Assembly: GCA_018062515.1 (NCBI GenBank)
Contig: JAGOSC010000002.1
Coordinates: 20,807 to 84,806 of the forward strand
Direction: 5' to 3'
DNA from: Candidatus Omnitrophota bacterium
GTDB taxonomy: Bacteria > Omnitrophota > Gorgyraeia > Zapsychrales > Zapsychraceae
Length of the DNA stretch: 64,000 nt
Below are positions 46,862 through 57,678 of this stretch, piece by piece (the first letter of the stretch is position 1; every line of letters begins with the position of its first letter). The notes under the pieces are model-generated. The model did no database searches and was not told the DNA's origin. It saw only the letters and a program-made list of their open reading frames with translations. The position numbers were made by a program, and so were the translations under genes.

Positions 46862-47527
46862 ATGACACGGCGGTTTATTTTATTATCATGTATTTTTTTG
46901 TTATTTCTATGCGGAAAGTTATCAGCAGCGGCGGATAATTCCGTAGAAACAACCGCAGCCGAGGTTAAATCAGAAAAACCGATTGAACCGGATGTGCCTC
47001 AATCTTCTTATGTTCCTTTTTATGTATATTCCGATAAAGGCGCGAGAAGTAATCACTATGTTCCCTCGGGTTTTATGCCGGATGGCCAATGCGTTGTTTT
47101 TAATGACCAGTGGCGAGAAAATTGTGAGAGCGGCAAGACCTGCATCAAAGTCACTTACGATATAGAATGCTCCCGCAATAAAAATGAATGGGCGGGAATA
47201 TATTGGTTAAATCCTGCGAATAACTGGGGTCGACGAAAAGGCGGTTATAATTTGACTGGTGCTACGAAAATGACATTTTGGGCGAAAGGCGAATTAGGCG
47301 GAGAGCAAATACAAGAATTTACCATCGGCGGCATCGAAGGGGATTTTCCGGATACAGATAAAATTGTGATTGGGCCGGTCATTTTGTCCGACAAATGGAG
47401 AGAATATTCCATCGATCTTCAAGGAAAAGACTTGTCCTATATCAGCGGCGGATTTGCATGGACAACCGAAGTTGCTGTGAACCCAGATAATTGCGTTTTT
47501 TATCTTGATAATATAAAGTTTGAATAA
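46862..47527 (+). CDS. hypothetical secreted protein (possible carbohydrate-binding beta-sandwich)
   Basis: Signal peptide; Trp/Gly/Tyr-rich pattern (WAGIYWLNPANNWG, FWAKGELGG). No firm family. Confidence 0.4.
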   Translation: MTRRFILLSCIFLLFLCGKLSAAADNSVETTAAEVKSEKPIEPDVPQSSYVPFYVYSDKGARSNHYVPSGFMPDGQCVVFNDQWRENCESGKTCIKVTYDIECSRNKNEWAGIYWLNPANNWGRRKGGYNLTGATKMTFWAKGELGGEQIQEFTIGGIEGDFPDTDKIVIGPVILSDKWREYSIDLQGKDLSYISGGFAWTTEVAVNPDNCVFYLDNIKFE

Positions 47528-47544
47528 TAATTTAGAAAAATTAA

Positions 47545-47579
47545 AGAGACAGTCTATACGTGGACTGTCTCTTTTTTTT
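47545..47579 (+). terminator. rho-independent terminator
   Basis: agagacagtc [tatacgtg] gactgtctct followed by T7. Confidence 0.7.
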
Positions 47580-47705
47580 GTGTTTAAAAAATTCATATAA
47601 ATCAATAATATATTTAAGTTTAGGTTCCAAAAAAAGGTAATTTTTCTTGTTTAAGATATAATACTTTGTTATATTCATAGTTAAATTATTAACAATAGAG
47701 GAATT

Positions 47706-49049
47706 ATGTCTAGATCGACGAAGTTGGGATATATAGCGCTTATCATAATCAATATCGGTGTGATCGGGTTTTTAGGATACACGCTGTGCGAGATGAAAAA
47801 AGTGAGCGATACTAAAATCAGCGTCGAGAAAGAGTTAAAATCAGCTGAAGAGCGCGAAAAAAAATATGTCGAACAAGCCAAAAAAGCATCGACTGAAGTT
47901 GAAACATTAAAATCATCGAAGATTGATTTGGAAAAAAAATTAAGTTTGGCCCAAAAAAAATCTATTGGTCTGCAGTTAAGAATTAATGATGTCACCAAAA
48001 AAAGCAATAAATGGAAAACTCAGGTGGCATCGATCAGTCAAACCCGCGATCAACTCAATTCACAAGTAAAAACATTACAAGATCAAGTTAATACGACAAA
48101 GCAAAAGTTAGAACAACAATTAACTTTAACCCGCGAAAATATCAATTCCGGTTTAGTTTCGTCCGGTCAATCTTCAAAAGCCAGAGAAGTTTCTCCAGGG
48201 GTCATTGAGATCACTCCAGATCCATTTGATGAAAGTGTGCATCCCGTCAGCGACGAGATGTACTGGGCTTCCGTCCTGAAAGAAAAAGCCAGCCTCGAAG
48301 TTAAGATCCAACAAATGGAAGAAGCTTTAGCTAAAGGTTCAATCGAAATTGTTGAACTTAAACAATCCAATGACAGTATAAAACTAGAGCTGGAAAGCCT
48401 AAGAAACGCTAGTGATGATTTGGCTCAAGAAATCAAATACAAAAGTAATATGATCAATAATCTTTCTCTCGAATTGGCCAGAACCAAGAATGATAAGAAA
48501 TTTGTATCCGACCGTATGATCAAAATACAGGAAGAAAATAGTAATCTCCGAGGAGAAATGAAGCAGCTTGTTTCAGCTAAAGGTTCTCTTCAGAAATCCA
48601 TCGTCCGATTAACTCAAGATAAAAATAAAGTCGAACGTGAATTAGGCAGTTCAGAAAATTTAATCCAGAGTAAAATTGATGAAATCTGGGAAATCAAAGA
48701 CAGTCTCGACCGTTCGTTTAAAGAATCTGCAATAAATCTACAAAATCCCGGTTCGGTTGAGCTGCCGCCCATCATGGTCAGTTCAAATAATGATACGACG
48801 ATTGATTTCAACAGCGATGGTGCTGAGCCAGGATTTCACGGGCGCATCGTCAGCATTAATGAAGAAAATAATTTTGTGGTCGTCGATATCGGAGAAGGAT
48901 CAGGCATCGCGCTCGGCGATGCTTTGAGCGTTTATCGCGATTCGGAATATGTCGCCCGGTTGGAAGTGATCCAGGTCCGCAAAGACATTTCAGCGGCGGA
49001 CATTAAAGATCAATGGTCAAAAGTTCAAGTTGGCGACGAGATCCGTTAA
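47706..49049 (+). CDS. membrane-anchored coiled-coil protein with C-terminal beta-rich domain
   Basis: N-terminal transmembrane segment, ~330 aa of coiled coil, and a C-terminal ~90 aa rich in G/V/I/D. Confidence 0.45.
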   Translation: MSRSTKLGYIALIIINIGVIGFLGYTLCEMKKVSDTKISVEKELKSAEEREKKYVEQAKKASTEVETLKSSKIDLEKKLSLAQKKSIGLQLRINDVTKKSNKWKTQVASISQTRDQLNSQVKTLQDQVNTTKQKLEQQLTLTRENINSGLVSSGQSSKAREVSPGVIEITPDPFDESVHPVSDEMYWASVLKEKASLEVKIQQMEEALAKGSIEIVELKQSNDSIKLELESLRNASDDLAQEIKYKSNMINNLSLELARTKNDKKFVSDRMIKIQEENSNLRGEMKQLVSAKGSLQKSIVRLTQDKNKVERELGSSENLIQSKIDEIWEIKDSLDRSFKESAINLQNPGSVELPPIMVSSNNDTTIDFNSDGAEPGFHGRIVSINEENNFVVVDIGEGSGIALGDALSVYRDSEYVARLEVIQVRKDISAADIKDQWSKVQVGDEIR

Positions 49050-49089
49050 TCATATCTAAAAGAGGACTTGCTCCTCTGTCAATCATCGT

Positions 49090-50106
49090 ATGGTCAATGA
49101 AAAAATCAGTATTAATGATGTCGCTAAACTAGCCAAAGTTTCCGTGACGACCGTGTCACGGGTCATCAATAATATTTCCACGGTGTCGGATAAAAACCGT
49201 ACCAAAGTTGAAGAGGCTGTACGGGCATTAAAATATCGTCCCAATGTCAGCGCACAGCGTCTAGCCCGCGGCCATAACAATGCTATCGGTCTTGTTATTC
49301 CCGGATATCCGGGCGTTTTTCATTCCTTTTATGCGATCGAACTGATCCGGGGTATCGGACACGCGTTGGAAGCAGCCAAAATGGATATGGTTTTTCACAT
49401 CACCGACGGGAATAATCCGATTAATACGAATCATGTCGACGGCGTTATTTTCGCCGACATTATTGAGAACCGTAAACAAGTTGAAGCGGCGATTAATATT
49501 GGCACCCCGGTTTTGATTATTAACAATGAAGTTCATGACATCGACGTGAATTATATCGCTATTGATAATACATTGGGCGGTCAGCTCGTCGCGGAATATT
49601 TATTGGGTTTCGGACACAGAAAAATTGCCACCATTACCGGAAAATTAACCACTCAAGCCGGGCAAAATAGATTGAATGGATTTAAAGAATATTTGGAGAA
49701 GAATAATGGCGGCTTGCCGGCGCATTATATTATTGAAGGCGATTATTCACGGCGAAGTGCTCGATTAGCGGCTGAGGAATTTCTTAAAATGAAAGATCGT
49801 CCCACCGCCATTTTTGCGGCCAGTGATGATATGGCTTTAGAAGCTATTGCTTTTTTTCTCGAAAAAGGACTCAAAATTCCTGAAGATATTTCGGTGATTG
49901 GATTCGATGACAATCCAACCTGTCTATTTGGGCCGGTTGCCTTGACAACCGTTCATCAACCGCTGTTTCAAATGGCTGAAGAAGCCGTGAAAATGTTGGT
50001 CAATGCCATTTCCAAAAAGAACCACTCTAAAACAAAGAAAATTCTCATCCCCGAGCTGGTTGTCCGCGAAACCTGCTGTGCTCCTCGTCCCGAGCGGACG
50101 GCTTAA
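49090..50106 (+). CDS. LacI-family transcriptional regulator
   Basis: HTH segment ISINDVAKLAKVSVTTVSRVINN plus a periplasmic-binding-protein-like sugar-binding core. Confidence 0.8.
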   Translation: MVNEKISINDVAKLAKVSVTTVSRVINNISTVSDKNRTKVEEAVRALKYRPNVSAQRLARGHNNAIGLVIPGYPGVFHSFYAIELIRGIGHALEAAKMDMVFHITDGNNPINTNHVDGVIFADIIENRKQVEAAINIGTPVLIINNEVHDIDVNYIAIDNTLGGQLVAEYLLGFGHRKIATITGKLTTQAGQNRLNGFKEYLEKNNGGLPAHYIIEGDYSRRSARLAAEEFLKMKDRPTAIFAASDDMALEAIAFFLEKGLKIPEDISVIGFDDNPTCLFGPVALTTVHQPLFQMAEEAVKMLVNAISKKNHSKTKKILIPELVVRETCCAPRPERTA

Positions 50107-50192
50107 CACACCCGATACAAGTTGACAATTCATAGGTTTGCGGGTATCTTATATCATATTTGTATGAATCTATTTAGGAAAAGTGCACAAAA

Positions 50193-52082
50193 ATGAGTCA
50201 ATTTTATGATGTGATTGTTATTGGTGGAGGCCATGCTGGCGTAGAAGCGTCCTTGGCGGCTGCTCGTATGGGCGCAAAGACGCTTATGGTGACCTTTTAT
50301 TGGGACACCATCGGCCAAATGAGCTGTAATCCCGCTATCGGTGGCGTTGGTAAAGGCCAGTTGGTTAAAGAAATCGACGCCTTAGGCGGTGAAATGGGCT
50401 TAGCCGCGGATCGCACCGGTATACAATTCCGCCAATTGAATTCTTCTAAAGGACAAGCCGTCCGTTCATCCCGCTGTCAATCTGACCGTAAATTATATAA
50501 ACTCTATATTCAAAGCGTTGTCAAAAATCAATCCAATCTGGATATTGTTGAAGATAAAGTTGCTGAATTAACTGTCGTTGGCGGAAAAATAAAAGGACTT
50601 AAGACCGAAGGCGGATTAAGTTTTGATTGTCACAGTGTTGTCGTCACGACGGGAACATTCTTGAAAGGTCGTATTCACATTGGAAAAGATATTACGCCGG
50701 CCGGACGTATTGGTGAGCCAAACTCGACGAGATTAGCCGATAATTTTACGGATCTTGGTTTGGAAGTTGTCTTTTTTAAGACGGGAACTCCGCCGAGACT
50801 CGACGGAAAAACCATCGATTTTTCAAAGTTAATTCCTCAGCACTCCGACGATAATCCGATTCCGTTTTCTTTCCGCACACCGTTTATTCCCAAAGATCAA
50901 AAATTGCTGCCTTGTCATATTACAAATACAAATGAACGGACGCATGAAATTATTAAGAAGAATATGCATTTGTCGCCGATGTATTCCGGACAAATCAAAG
51001 CCACAGGTGTGCGTTATTGTCCGTCGATTGAGGACAAATTAGATAAATTCTCGAGTAAAAACAGTCATCAAGTATTTCTTGAACCGGAAGGATTGGATAC
51101 CGACGAGTATTATCCCAACGGAATTTCCACCGGACTTCCGGCGGATGTTCAGGAACAATTTGTGCATTCCATTGCCGGTTTAGAAAAAGCTGTTTTCACA
51201 AAACCCGGTTATTCGATTGAACACGGTGTTGTTCTTCCGACGGGGCTTAAGCCCAGTTTAGAGACAAAAAAAATTAACGGTTTATTTTTGGCCGGCCAAA
51301 TCAATGGGACGACAGGATATGAAGAAGCCGGCGCTCAAGGTATTATGGCGGGAATTAATGCCGTGTTATATAGCCGAAGCGAATCGCCGTTTATTCTCCG
51401 ACGAGATGAGGCTTATATTGGCGTTTTAATTGATGATTTAACGACCAAAGGAACTGAAGAACCTTACCGCATGTTTACGTCGCGTGTGGAATACCGGTTG
51501 ATCGTCCGGGAAGATAATGCGGACACTCGATTATCTAAATATGGATATCAATTCGGTATTTTTAATGAAGATTTTTATCAATTGGTTCAGAAAAAATATG
51601 AGACCATTGAACGCGAAATTCAGCACCTTCGCGCGACGCGCGTTCATCCTAATAAAGAACTCAATGTTCATTTGGCCAAATATAACAGTAGTCCTTTGTT
51701 ATATCCAGCGACCTTAAGTGATCTTTTAAAAAGACCGGAATTAAATTATGCGGCGATAGCACCCTACGACGGAGATCTGAAACATTGCGAAAGAGGCGTG
51801 ATTGAACAAGTCGAATATGAAATTAAGTATGAAGGCTTTATTCAGCGTCAGCTTAAAGATGTTGATAAGTTCAAGCATATCGAAAACATCAAAATACCGG
51901 TTGGAATGATTTATGATGATATACAAGGCCTTTCCATTGAAATCCGTCAAAAATTAAAACGCTTCTCGCCTGTGAGTTTGGGCCAAGCTAATCGTATCTC
52001 CGGAGTTACACCTTCCGCCATATCCATTCTTATGGTTTATCTGAAAAAGTATCGTGAGAATAACGCCGCCTCGTCGATCTAA
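50193..52082 (+). CDS. mnmG: tRNA uridine-5-carboxymethylaminomethyl modification enzyme MnmG (GidA)
   Basis: FAD motif YDVIVIGGGHAGVEA and GidA-specific segments; 629 aa. Confidence 0.85.
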   Translation: MSQFYDVIVIGGGHAGVEASLAAARMGAKTLMVTFYWDTIGQMSCNPAIGGVGKGQLVKEIDALGGEMGLAADRTGIQFRQLNSSKGQAVRSSRCQSDRKLYKLYIQSVVKNQSNLDIVEDKVAELTVVGGKIKGLKTEGGLSFDCHSVVVTTGTFLKGRIHIGKDITPAGRIGEPNSTRLADNFTDLGLEVVFFKTGTPPRLDGKTIDFSKLIPQHSDDNPIPFSFRTPFIPKDQKLLPCHITNTNERTHEIIKKNMHLSPMYSGQIKATGVRYCPSIEDKLDKFSSKNSHQVFLEPEGLDTDEYYPNGISTGLPADVQEQFVHSIAGLEKAVFTKPGYSIEHGVVLPTGLKPSLETKKINGLFLAGQINGTTGYEEAGAQGIMAGINAVLYSRSESPFILRRDEAYIGVLIDDLTTKGTEEPYRMFTSRVEYRLIVREDNADTRLSKYGYQFGIFNEDFYQLVQKKYETIEREIQHLRATRVHPNKELNVHLAKYNSSPLLYPATLSDLLKRPELNYAAIAPYDGDLKHCERGVIEQVEYEIKYEGFIQRQLKDVDKFKHIENIKIPVGMIYDDIQGLSIEIRQKLKRFSPVSLGQANRISGVTPSAISILMVYLKKYRENNAASSI

Positions 52083-52106
52083 GCCAATCTTGTGTTTTTT
52101 AATTGA

Positions 52107-52136
52107 TTGACATTTTCTTTGTCCCGGTGATATAAT
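52107..52136 (+). promoter_or_regulatory. sigma70-like promoter TTGACA-18-TATAAT
   Basis: 52107-52112 TTGACA, 18-nt spacer, 52131-52136 TATAAT, ~80 nt upstream of cysK. Confidence 0.5.
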
Positions 52137-52218
52137 CGGTTCTTCTTAGATTTTCTTATAAGAATAGTAGTCTCAATACGCTTTATTTCAACCATCTTAT
52201 CACCATGGAGGATTCAAT

Positions 52219-53178
52219 ATGGGTTCAACCGTCGACTCAACCATGAAAGTCGCTAATGACATTACAGAATTAATCGGAAACACTCCTCTGGTTAGGCTTA
52301 ACAAATTATGTGAAGGTTGCCACGCCGAAATCCTTCTTAAGCTCGAATTTTTTAATCCTTTAGGCTCCGTCAAAGACCGGATCGGCTTAGCTATGATTGA
52401 AGCCGCGGAAAAAGATGGAAAGATCAATAAAAATAAAACAGTTATTCTTGAGCCTACGTCGGGAAATACCGGTATAGCCTTGGCCTTTGTCGCCGCTGTC
52501 AAAGGATATAAATGTACATTGACCATGCCTGAAACGATGAGTTTGGAACGCAGGGCGCTGTTGAAGGCCTTTGGGGCGAACTTGATTTTAACTCCCGGCG
52601 CTGAAGGAATGCGTGGAGCCATTAATAAGGCTAAGGAATTAGCTGAAAATGATAGCCAATATTTCATTCCTCAGCAATTTGAAAATCCAGCGAATCCGGA
52701 AATTCATCGGAATACAACGGCCGAAGAAATATGGAAAGACACTAACGGTAAAGTGGATATCTTGATTTCAGGAATCGGAACCGGCGGAACAATTACCGGA
52801 GTTTCAGAAGTCCTTAAAAAGAGAAAACCCAGTTTTAAAGCAATCGCCATTGAGCCAAAAGGATCTCCTGTTTTATCCGGAGGAAAACCCGGGCCGCATA
52901 AGATTCAAGGTATAGGAGCCGGATTTGTACCGGGAATTCTTAACACCAAAATAATTGATGAAATTATTCAAGTGGATAATGCCGAGGCTTTTGAATACGC
53001 AAAACGGGCTATTCGCGAAGAAGGAATTCTTTGCGGAATTTCGTCCGGTGCTGCTATTTATGCCGCGATTCAGGTTGCTCGTCGAGAAGAAAATAAAGGA
53101 AAATTGATCGTCGCTATCATCCCGAGTACGGGTGAACGTTATTTAAGTACCGATCTTTTTGCTGAATACCGCAGTTAA
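52219..53178 (+). CDS. cysK: cysteine synthase A (O-acetylserine sulfhydrylase), fold-type II PLP enzyme
   Basis: PLP-lysine motif SVKDR, the GTGGT phosphate loop, 319 aa, and AGGAG 7 nt upstream. Confidence 0.8.
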   Translation: MGSTVDSTMKVANDITELIGNTPLVRLNKLCEGCHAEILLKLEFFNPLGSVKDRIGLAMIEAAEKDGKINKNKTVILEPTSGNTGIALAFVAAVKGYKCTLTMPETMSLERRALLKAFGANLILTPGAEGMRGAINKAKELAENDSQYFIPQQFENPANPEIHRNTTAEEIWKDTNGKVDILISGIGTGGTITGVSEVLKKRKPSFKAIAIEPKGSPVLSGGKPGPHKIQGIGAGFVPGILNTKIIDEIIQVDNAEAFEYAKRAIREEGILCGISSGAAIYAAIQVARREENKGKLIVAIIPSTGERYLSTDLFAEYRS

Positions 53179-53189
53179 TCTTAGAAAAA

Positions 53190-53237
53190 GGGAACAAGAC
53201 AAAAGTTGAAGAACTTTTATACATTGTTCCCTTTTTC
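53190..53237 (+). terminator. rho-independent terminator (nested hairpin + T5)
   Basis: gggaacaa...(inner aaaagtt/aactttt stem)...ttgttccc followed by ttttt immediately after the cysK stop. Confidence 0.55.
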
Positions 53238-53253
53238 ATTTATCATGAGTTGA

Positions 53254-53958
53254 ATGGATCATTCTAAAACCCGTCCCATCGTCAAGATTATTATATTCCT
53301 CATCTTAATTTTGATGAGTTGGTATTTAAGTCAGTATTTCAAAATAGATATAGAGCAGATTCGGCAAAGGGTTTTTCAATTTCCCTTAGGTTTATCCGGT
53401 TTAATTTTTGTCGTCGTCTATGTCAGTTTGACAAGTTTGATCTGGTTTGGGCCGCACGATGTTTTGCGTATTGCCGCGGCGATTTTTTTTGGCGCATCTA
53501 TAAGTACGGCGTTTATTTGGGTCGGAGAAGTCTTAAACTCGTTCGCCATGTTCCACTTGAGCCGTTTTTTTGGCCGCGAATACGTCGAAAACCGCTTGCG
53601 GATTAAATCCAATAAACTCGATCAAGTCGCCCAAGATCATTCAACATTAGCTATTGTGGCGTGGAAAATTAATCCGTTTATTCCCGGCCGCTTGACGGAT
53701 TTAGGGTATGGATTGACGAACATATCGTTTCGTCGTTTTGTTGTTCCGGCTTCTTTGGCGAATTTGCCGCGAATTTATTGGCAGCAATACATATTAGCGG
53801 ATTTAGGATTAAACTTTGTCAAAGATTTCTCTGGGACAGTCCAATATATTCAGGAAAATGTATTTTTTGCCAAATATACTTTAGTCTACTTGTCTGCCGT
53901 CTTGGTGATTTCGGTTTTGGCCGGAAGAAAAAAACATAAACAAAAAAATAGGAAATAG
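53254..53958 (+). CDS. DedA/TVP38-TMEM64-family membrane protein
   Basis: Polytopic 234-aa membrane protein with a DedA-like core; ends in a basic tail. Confidence 0.5.
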   Translation: MDHSKTRPIVKIIIFLILILMSWYLSQYFKIDIEQIRQRVFQFPLGLSGLIFVVVYVSLTSLIWFGPHDVLRIAAAIFFGASISTAFIWVGEVLNSFAMFHLSRFFGREYVENRLRIKSNKLDQVAQDHSTLAIVAWKINPFIPGRLTDLGYGLTNISFRRFVVPASLANLPRIYWQQYILADLGLNFVKDFSGTVQYIQENVFFAKYTLVYLSAVLVISVLAGRKKHKQKNRK

Positions 53959-53961
53959 ATT

Positions 53962-54549
53962 ATGGATGATGAAGCAGCCAAAATAATGAAGATTATTATA
54001 ATTATTTTAGCCGTCTCATATGGCCTTAAATTGTGGTTTTCTCGAGGATCTGATATTTACAAAGGCCCGGGTTATACCATTAAATTTCCGGCGGGCTGGA
54101 GTGATTACGACGATATCAATCCTCAGAAAAAGAAAGATAAGAAATTTGCCACTGAAGATAAGGCCGCCCCTAAGACTGTCACTTATGTCACTCAAGAGGT
54201 TGATGAAGATAGCGGCGCCTTTGTTGCGAGTATGAGCATTACGTCCATGAAACTCAAGTCCGCGGCATGGATCGAAGATGAATGGGGACAGATTGTCGAA
54301 TCGATTAGAGGCTATGGAAATAAAATTATTGATAAAGGAGAAATTAAAATCGACGGAATCGTTTCGAGGTGGATATTTTATGAAGGACGCCCCGGAGAAA
54401 ACGCGGTTAGTTTTGAGTTTTATATAATTACGGAAGGAAATATGTTTTATAAAATTTCTTACATGGCGCTAAAAAATAGTTTTGACAAATACAGAAAAAT
54501 TTTTGAAGCATCTAAAGATACAATCAGGATTAAGCAAGGTATGATTTAG
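53962..54549 (+). CDS. hypothetical membrane-anchored/exported protein
   Basis: N-terminal hydrophobic helix; no recognisable domain. Confidence 0.4.
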   Translation: MDDEAAKIMKIIIIILAVSYGLKLWFSRGSDIYKGPGYTIKFPAGWSDYDDINPQKKKDKKFATEDKAAPKTVTYVTQEVDEDSGAFVASMSITSMKLKSAAWIEDEWGQIVESIRGYGNKIIDKGEIKIDGIVSRWIFYEGRPGENAVSFEFYIITEGNMFYKISYMALKNSFDKYRKIFEASKDTIRIKQGMI

Positions 54550-55187
54550 GCGGATTTAATGTTGAGAGTTAAGTCCAGAACAATCTCGGCCATGCCCGCC
54601 GCGCAGGCTGTAACGCGTGGTGCCATCGGCGGATGTCCGCAGGCGGAATCAGTTGACCCGTCCCCGACGATATAAATATTTTTTAACTTTTTAATGACCA
54701 TTGGCTTTTTTTCCATCAATCCTGCCATTCCATTCCCGCTAATGACATAATCAGCTTTATCCTGATAGAATTCAACAAATCGAAATTTGAAATCTGCCTG
54801 ATCAAACGCTTCAATGATAAAATCACATCCAGTAAAAAATTGATCACCGTTAGATTCGTTCCATTGAATTCGGTGTGCGGTGATATTTAAATCGGGATTA
54901 ATCTCCAACAGCCGTTGTTTAGTGGTGTCAACTTTTACGCGGCCGATTTCATCATAATAATATTGCTGACGATTAAGGTTCGATGCCTCGATAACATCTT
55001 GGTCAAGCATTTCAAGGTTCATAAAGCCGCTGCGGACAAGAATCATTGCGACATTTGATCCCAATCCGCCAACGCCGCCAATACCAATCTTTTTAGATTG
55101 AATGGTGTTTAATTGCTCTTCCGTTAAATATCGAAGCAGACCTTTTTCGAAGAGATTTCTTGTTTTTGAATTAGTGGATGGGTTCAT
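54546..55187 (-). CDS. thiF: ThiF/MoeB-family E1-like adenylyltransferase (sulfur-carrier ThiS activation)
   Basis: Nucleotide-binding motif IGIGGVGGLGS..LD.D.IE.SNLNRQ, in a thiS-thiG-thiH context. An internal start was chosen to limit overlap with thiH. Confidence 0.6.
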   Translation of the reverse strand: MNPSTNSKTRNLFEKGLLRYLTEEQLNTIQSKKIGIGGVGGLGSNVAMILVRSGFMNLEMLDQDVIEASNLNRQQYYYDEIGRVKVDTTKQRLLEINPDLNITAHRIQWNESNGDQFFTGCDFIIEAFDQADFKFRFVEFYQDKADYVISGNGMAGLMEKKPMVIKKLKNIYIVGDGSTDSACGHPPMAPRVTACAAGMAEIVLDLTLNIKSA

Positions 55188-56196
55188 GCGTAATTCTTCT
55201 CCAATCGGTGAAGACCGGATCAAAGTTTTTTATTTTAAGAAGTTGAATAATTTCTTTAACGCTGCGTGTGTCCTCAATATCAAATTGCGGATCCTGCTCC
55301 TGTTGCGGTAAAATTGTATATCCACCGACGGAGGTATTTGATCCGGCGGACATTCGGGTGATGCCTAATTCTAAAATATTATCCCTTAATTGCGGACGCT
55401 CACGCGTCGACAAATTAATGCCCACCCTGGGGAATAAAATTCTCGTCATGCAGATAATCTTTACAAACAATTTGTCATCTATATTGGCTTTAACAAAATC
55501 AACATCTTTAATCGGCTGCAATCGCGGAAAAGACAGGCTGTATTCCACACCGGGAAAAGTTTTTTCCATGAATTGTAAATGCTGATAAAGTGCCAGGAGA
55601 TCTGACGCGACATCACTTAATCCTAAAAGAATGCCCATAGAAATGGTGCGCATACCGCCGGCCGCCGCACGCGCCGGAGCATGATAACGAAAATCATAGT
55701 CCGCTTTAATGCCAGATAAATGAACTTGTTTGTATATCGCGCGATCGTACGTTTCCTGATAGACGGTAATTCCGTCGACGCCGGTTTCAAAAAGTTCTTT
55801 GTATTGATCCGTTTCCATCGGGTGTACTTCTAAGGCAATATTCGGAAAATAATCCTGAGCGACCATCACGGCTTCCTTTAAATAGGATAAAGGAGTAACA
55901 GAATATGATTCTCCCGTCAGCATGAGAATATTTTCAATGCCTTGATTGGCAACAAATGACATTTCCCGGTGCATTTGTTCGGTATTTAATTTAAAACGTG
56001 TAATACGATTTTTACTGTGAAAGCCACAATAGGTACAATGGCTCGAACAAAAGTTGGATAAATAAAGCGGAGCGTACAGTGTGATGGTCCGTCCAAAATA
56101 CTGTTGAGTTAATTTTTTTGATTGCGCGGCGAGTTCTTCGATTTTTTCTCGTCGATCTTCATTAAGAATAGTTTGAATATAATCTTTGGTGATCAT
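55171..56196 (-). CDS. thiH: 2-iminoacetate synthase ThiH (radical SAM tyrosine lyase)
   Basis: [10 protein letters not shown] radical SAM motif and ThiH/HydG-like length. Confidence 0.75.
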   Translation of the reverse strand: MITKDYIQTILNEDRREKIEELAAQSKKLTQQYFGRTITLYAPLYLSNFCSSHCTYCGFHSKNRITRFKLNTEQMHREMSFVANQGIENILMLTGESYSVTPLSYLKEAVMVAQDYFPNIALEVHPMETDQYKELFETGVDGITVYQETYDRAIYKQVHLSGIKADYDFRYHAPARAAAGGMRTISMGILLGLSDVASDLLALYQHLQFMEKTFPGVEYSLSFPRLQPIKDVDFVKANIDDKLFVKIICMTRILFPRVGINLSTRERPQLRDNILELGITRMSAGSNTSVGGYTILPQQEQDPQFDIEDTRSVKEIIQLLKIKNFDPVFTDWRRITHEPIH

Positions 56197-56996
56197 GATT
56201 CGTAAAGAAATCCTGTGAGAGGAGAAGAGGCTTCAGCGATATTTTTTTTGAATGGCAGACGGCTTAAATAACCTAAGCGTCCGGCTTCAACAGCTAAAGA
56301 AAAAGCCTTGGCTAATCCGGCGGGATTTCCGGCGGTAGCAACGGCCGTGTTGACTAAGACAGCGTCGGCGCCAAGTTCCATAGCTTGGGCGGCTTGAGAA
56401 GGAGCGCCTATCCCTGCGTCGACAATAATAGGAAGATCAATCTCATCGACGAGAATGCGTATCATTTCTTCCGTTTTTAATCCTTGATTGCTGCCGATGA
56501 GAGAACCTAAAGGCATAACCGTCGCGGCGCCGGCTTTAACCAAAGCGCGAGCTACATATAAATCGGGTGTCACATACGGCAAGACAATAAAACCTTCAGC
56601 GGCTAAAATCTCCGTCGCTTTAATTGTTTCCTGATTATCCGGGAGTAAATATTTTGAATCATTAATCACTTCAATCTTGACCCATTTTCCGCAGCCTGAG
56701 GCTTCGGCTAGTCGGGCAATGCGCACAGCTTCTTGAGCGTTACGCGCGCCCGATGTATTAGTGAGTAATGTAACTCCGTCGGGAATATATTCTAAAATAT
56801 TATCTTCATGTCGTTCGAGATCAATGCGGCGCAAGGCCACAGTAACAATTTGCGTACCGCTTTCCTTAATACTTTCCGCCAGCTCTTTTTTATTTTTAAA
56901 TTTGCCGGTCCCTAAAAAAAAGCGGTTGGTGAAGGTTTTTCCAGCGATCACCAAGGGTGTGTCGTGAATTATCTGATTGTGATTTGTTGTCTGCAT
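56193..56996 (-). CDS. thiG: thiazole synthase
   Basis: ThiG TIM-barrel signature segments ([18 protein letters not shown], Schiff-base lysine region KWVKIEVI). Confidence 0.85.
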   Translation of the reverse strand: MQTTNHNQIIHDTPLVIAGKTFTNRFFLGTGKFKNKKELAESIKESGTQIVTVALRRIDLERHEDNILEYIPDGVTLLTNTSGARNAQEAVRIARLAEASGCGKWVKIEVINDSKYLLPDNQETIKATEILAAEGFIVLPYVTPDLYVARALVKAGAATVMPLGSLIGSNQGLKTEEMIRILVDEIDLPIIVDAGIGAPSQAAQAMELGADAVLVNTAVATAGNPAGLAKAFSLAVEAGRLGYLSRLPFKKNIAEASSPLTGFLYES

Positions 56997-57042
56997 AGAA
57001 TTTAGATTTGTTATGGAAATCGGAGTATTGAAATTCGTTTAT

Positions 57043-57312
57043 TTAGTCATTAGAATACGGATCGCCTAGGATATTAATCCAACCTAAATATACAATTATA
57101 CCTAATATAGCAAGCGCTTTAATTGGATAGGTTTTTGCTAGTTGCCAAAGGGTGGAAATGATCATCAATATCCCGTATTCGGTAGGAAAACGAGGACTGT
57201 TAAAAAATTTTTTCCATATAACAAGAGTAGAAATGCAACTAAATAAAATAAACAAAAATCTTGTCCAATCGAAAGAAATTTCTTTTTTTTCCTTCCCATT
57301 TTTTTCTTGCAT
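57043..57312 (-). CDS. possible small membrane protein embedded between thiS and thiG
   Basis: 89-aa ORF with two hydrophobic helices. An alternative + strand ORF overlaps it, so the coding status is uncertain. Confidence 0.3.
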   Translation of the reverse strand: MQEKNGKEKKEISFDWTRFLFILFSCISTLVIWKKFFNSPRFPTEYGILMIISTLWQLAKTYPIKALAILGIIVYLGWINILGDPYSND

Positions 57313-57361
57313 ATCAAATTTCCTTATTTGGGAATGCTAAATAATCGGATTTGTTACTAAA

Positions 57362-57571
57362 TTAACCGCCTCCGACAAAACTAACGAGTTCAAGAGTATC
57401 GCCATCTTTAAGGATAATTTCTTCCCAGCGCGGATTTTTAACGATTTCCCCATTCAGTTCGGCAATAACTCGGCGATTATTTTGGCAAAAGGAAAGGACA
57501 ATATCATTAAGAGTTTTATTTCCGTCTAAAGTCTGTCTCGCCCCATTGACCGTGATGTTCATGGACATCAT
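57362..57571 (-). CDS. thiS: sulfur-carrier protein ThiS
   Basis: 69 aa ending in GG (FVGGG), ubiquitin-like size, upstream of thiG. Confidence 0.65.
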   Translation of the reverse strand: MMSMNITVNGARQTLDGNKTLNDIVLSFCQNNRRVIAELNGEIVKNPRWEEIILKDGDTLELVSFVGGG

Positions 57572-57641
57572 CTTAGATCAAATCTTATTAAAAATCAAAT
57601 ATTTCTCCTTTGGGGGAATGGTCGAACGATCAACATTTTTT

Positions 57642-57670
57642 TTGACGACTTACACTTCCGATGGCATAAT
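57642..57670 (+). promoter_or_regulatory. sigma70-like promoter TTGACG-17-CATAAT
   Basis: 57642-57647 TTGACG, 17-nt spacer, 57665-57670 CATAAT; the downstream ORF starts with TTG at 57679. Confidence 0.45.
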
Positions 57671-57678
57671 ATTTTACT

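Noticed and set aside
47641-47676. Promoter for the coiled-coil gene 47706 (TATAAT at 47657-47662)
   Set aside because: No acceptable -35 at 16-18 nt spacing (aaggta), so not listed as a feature.
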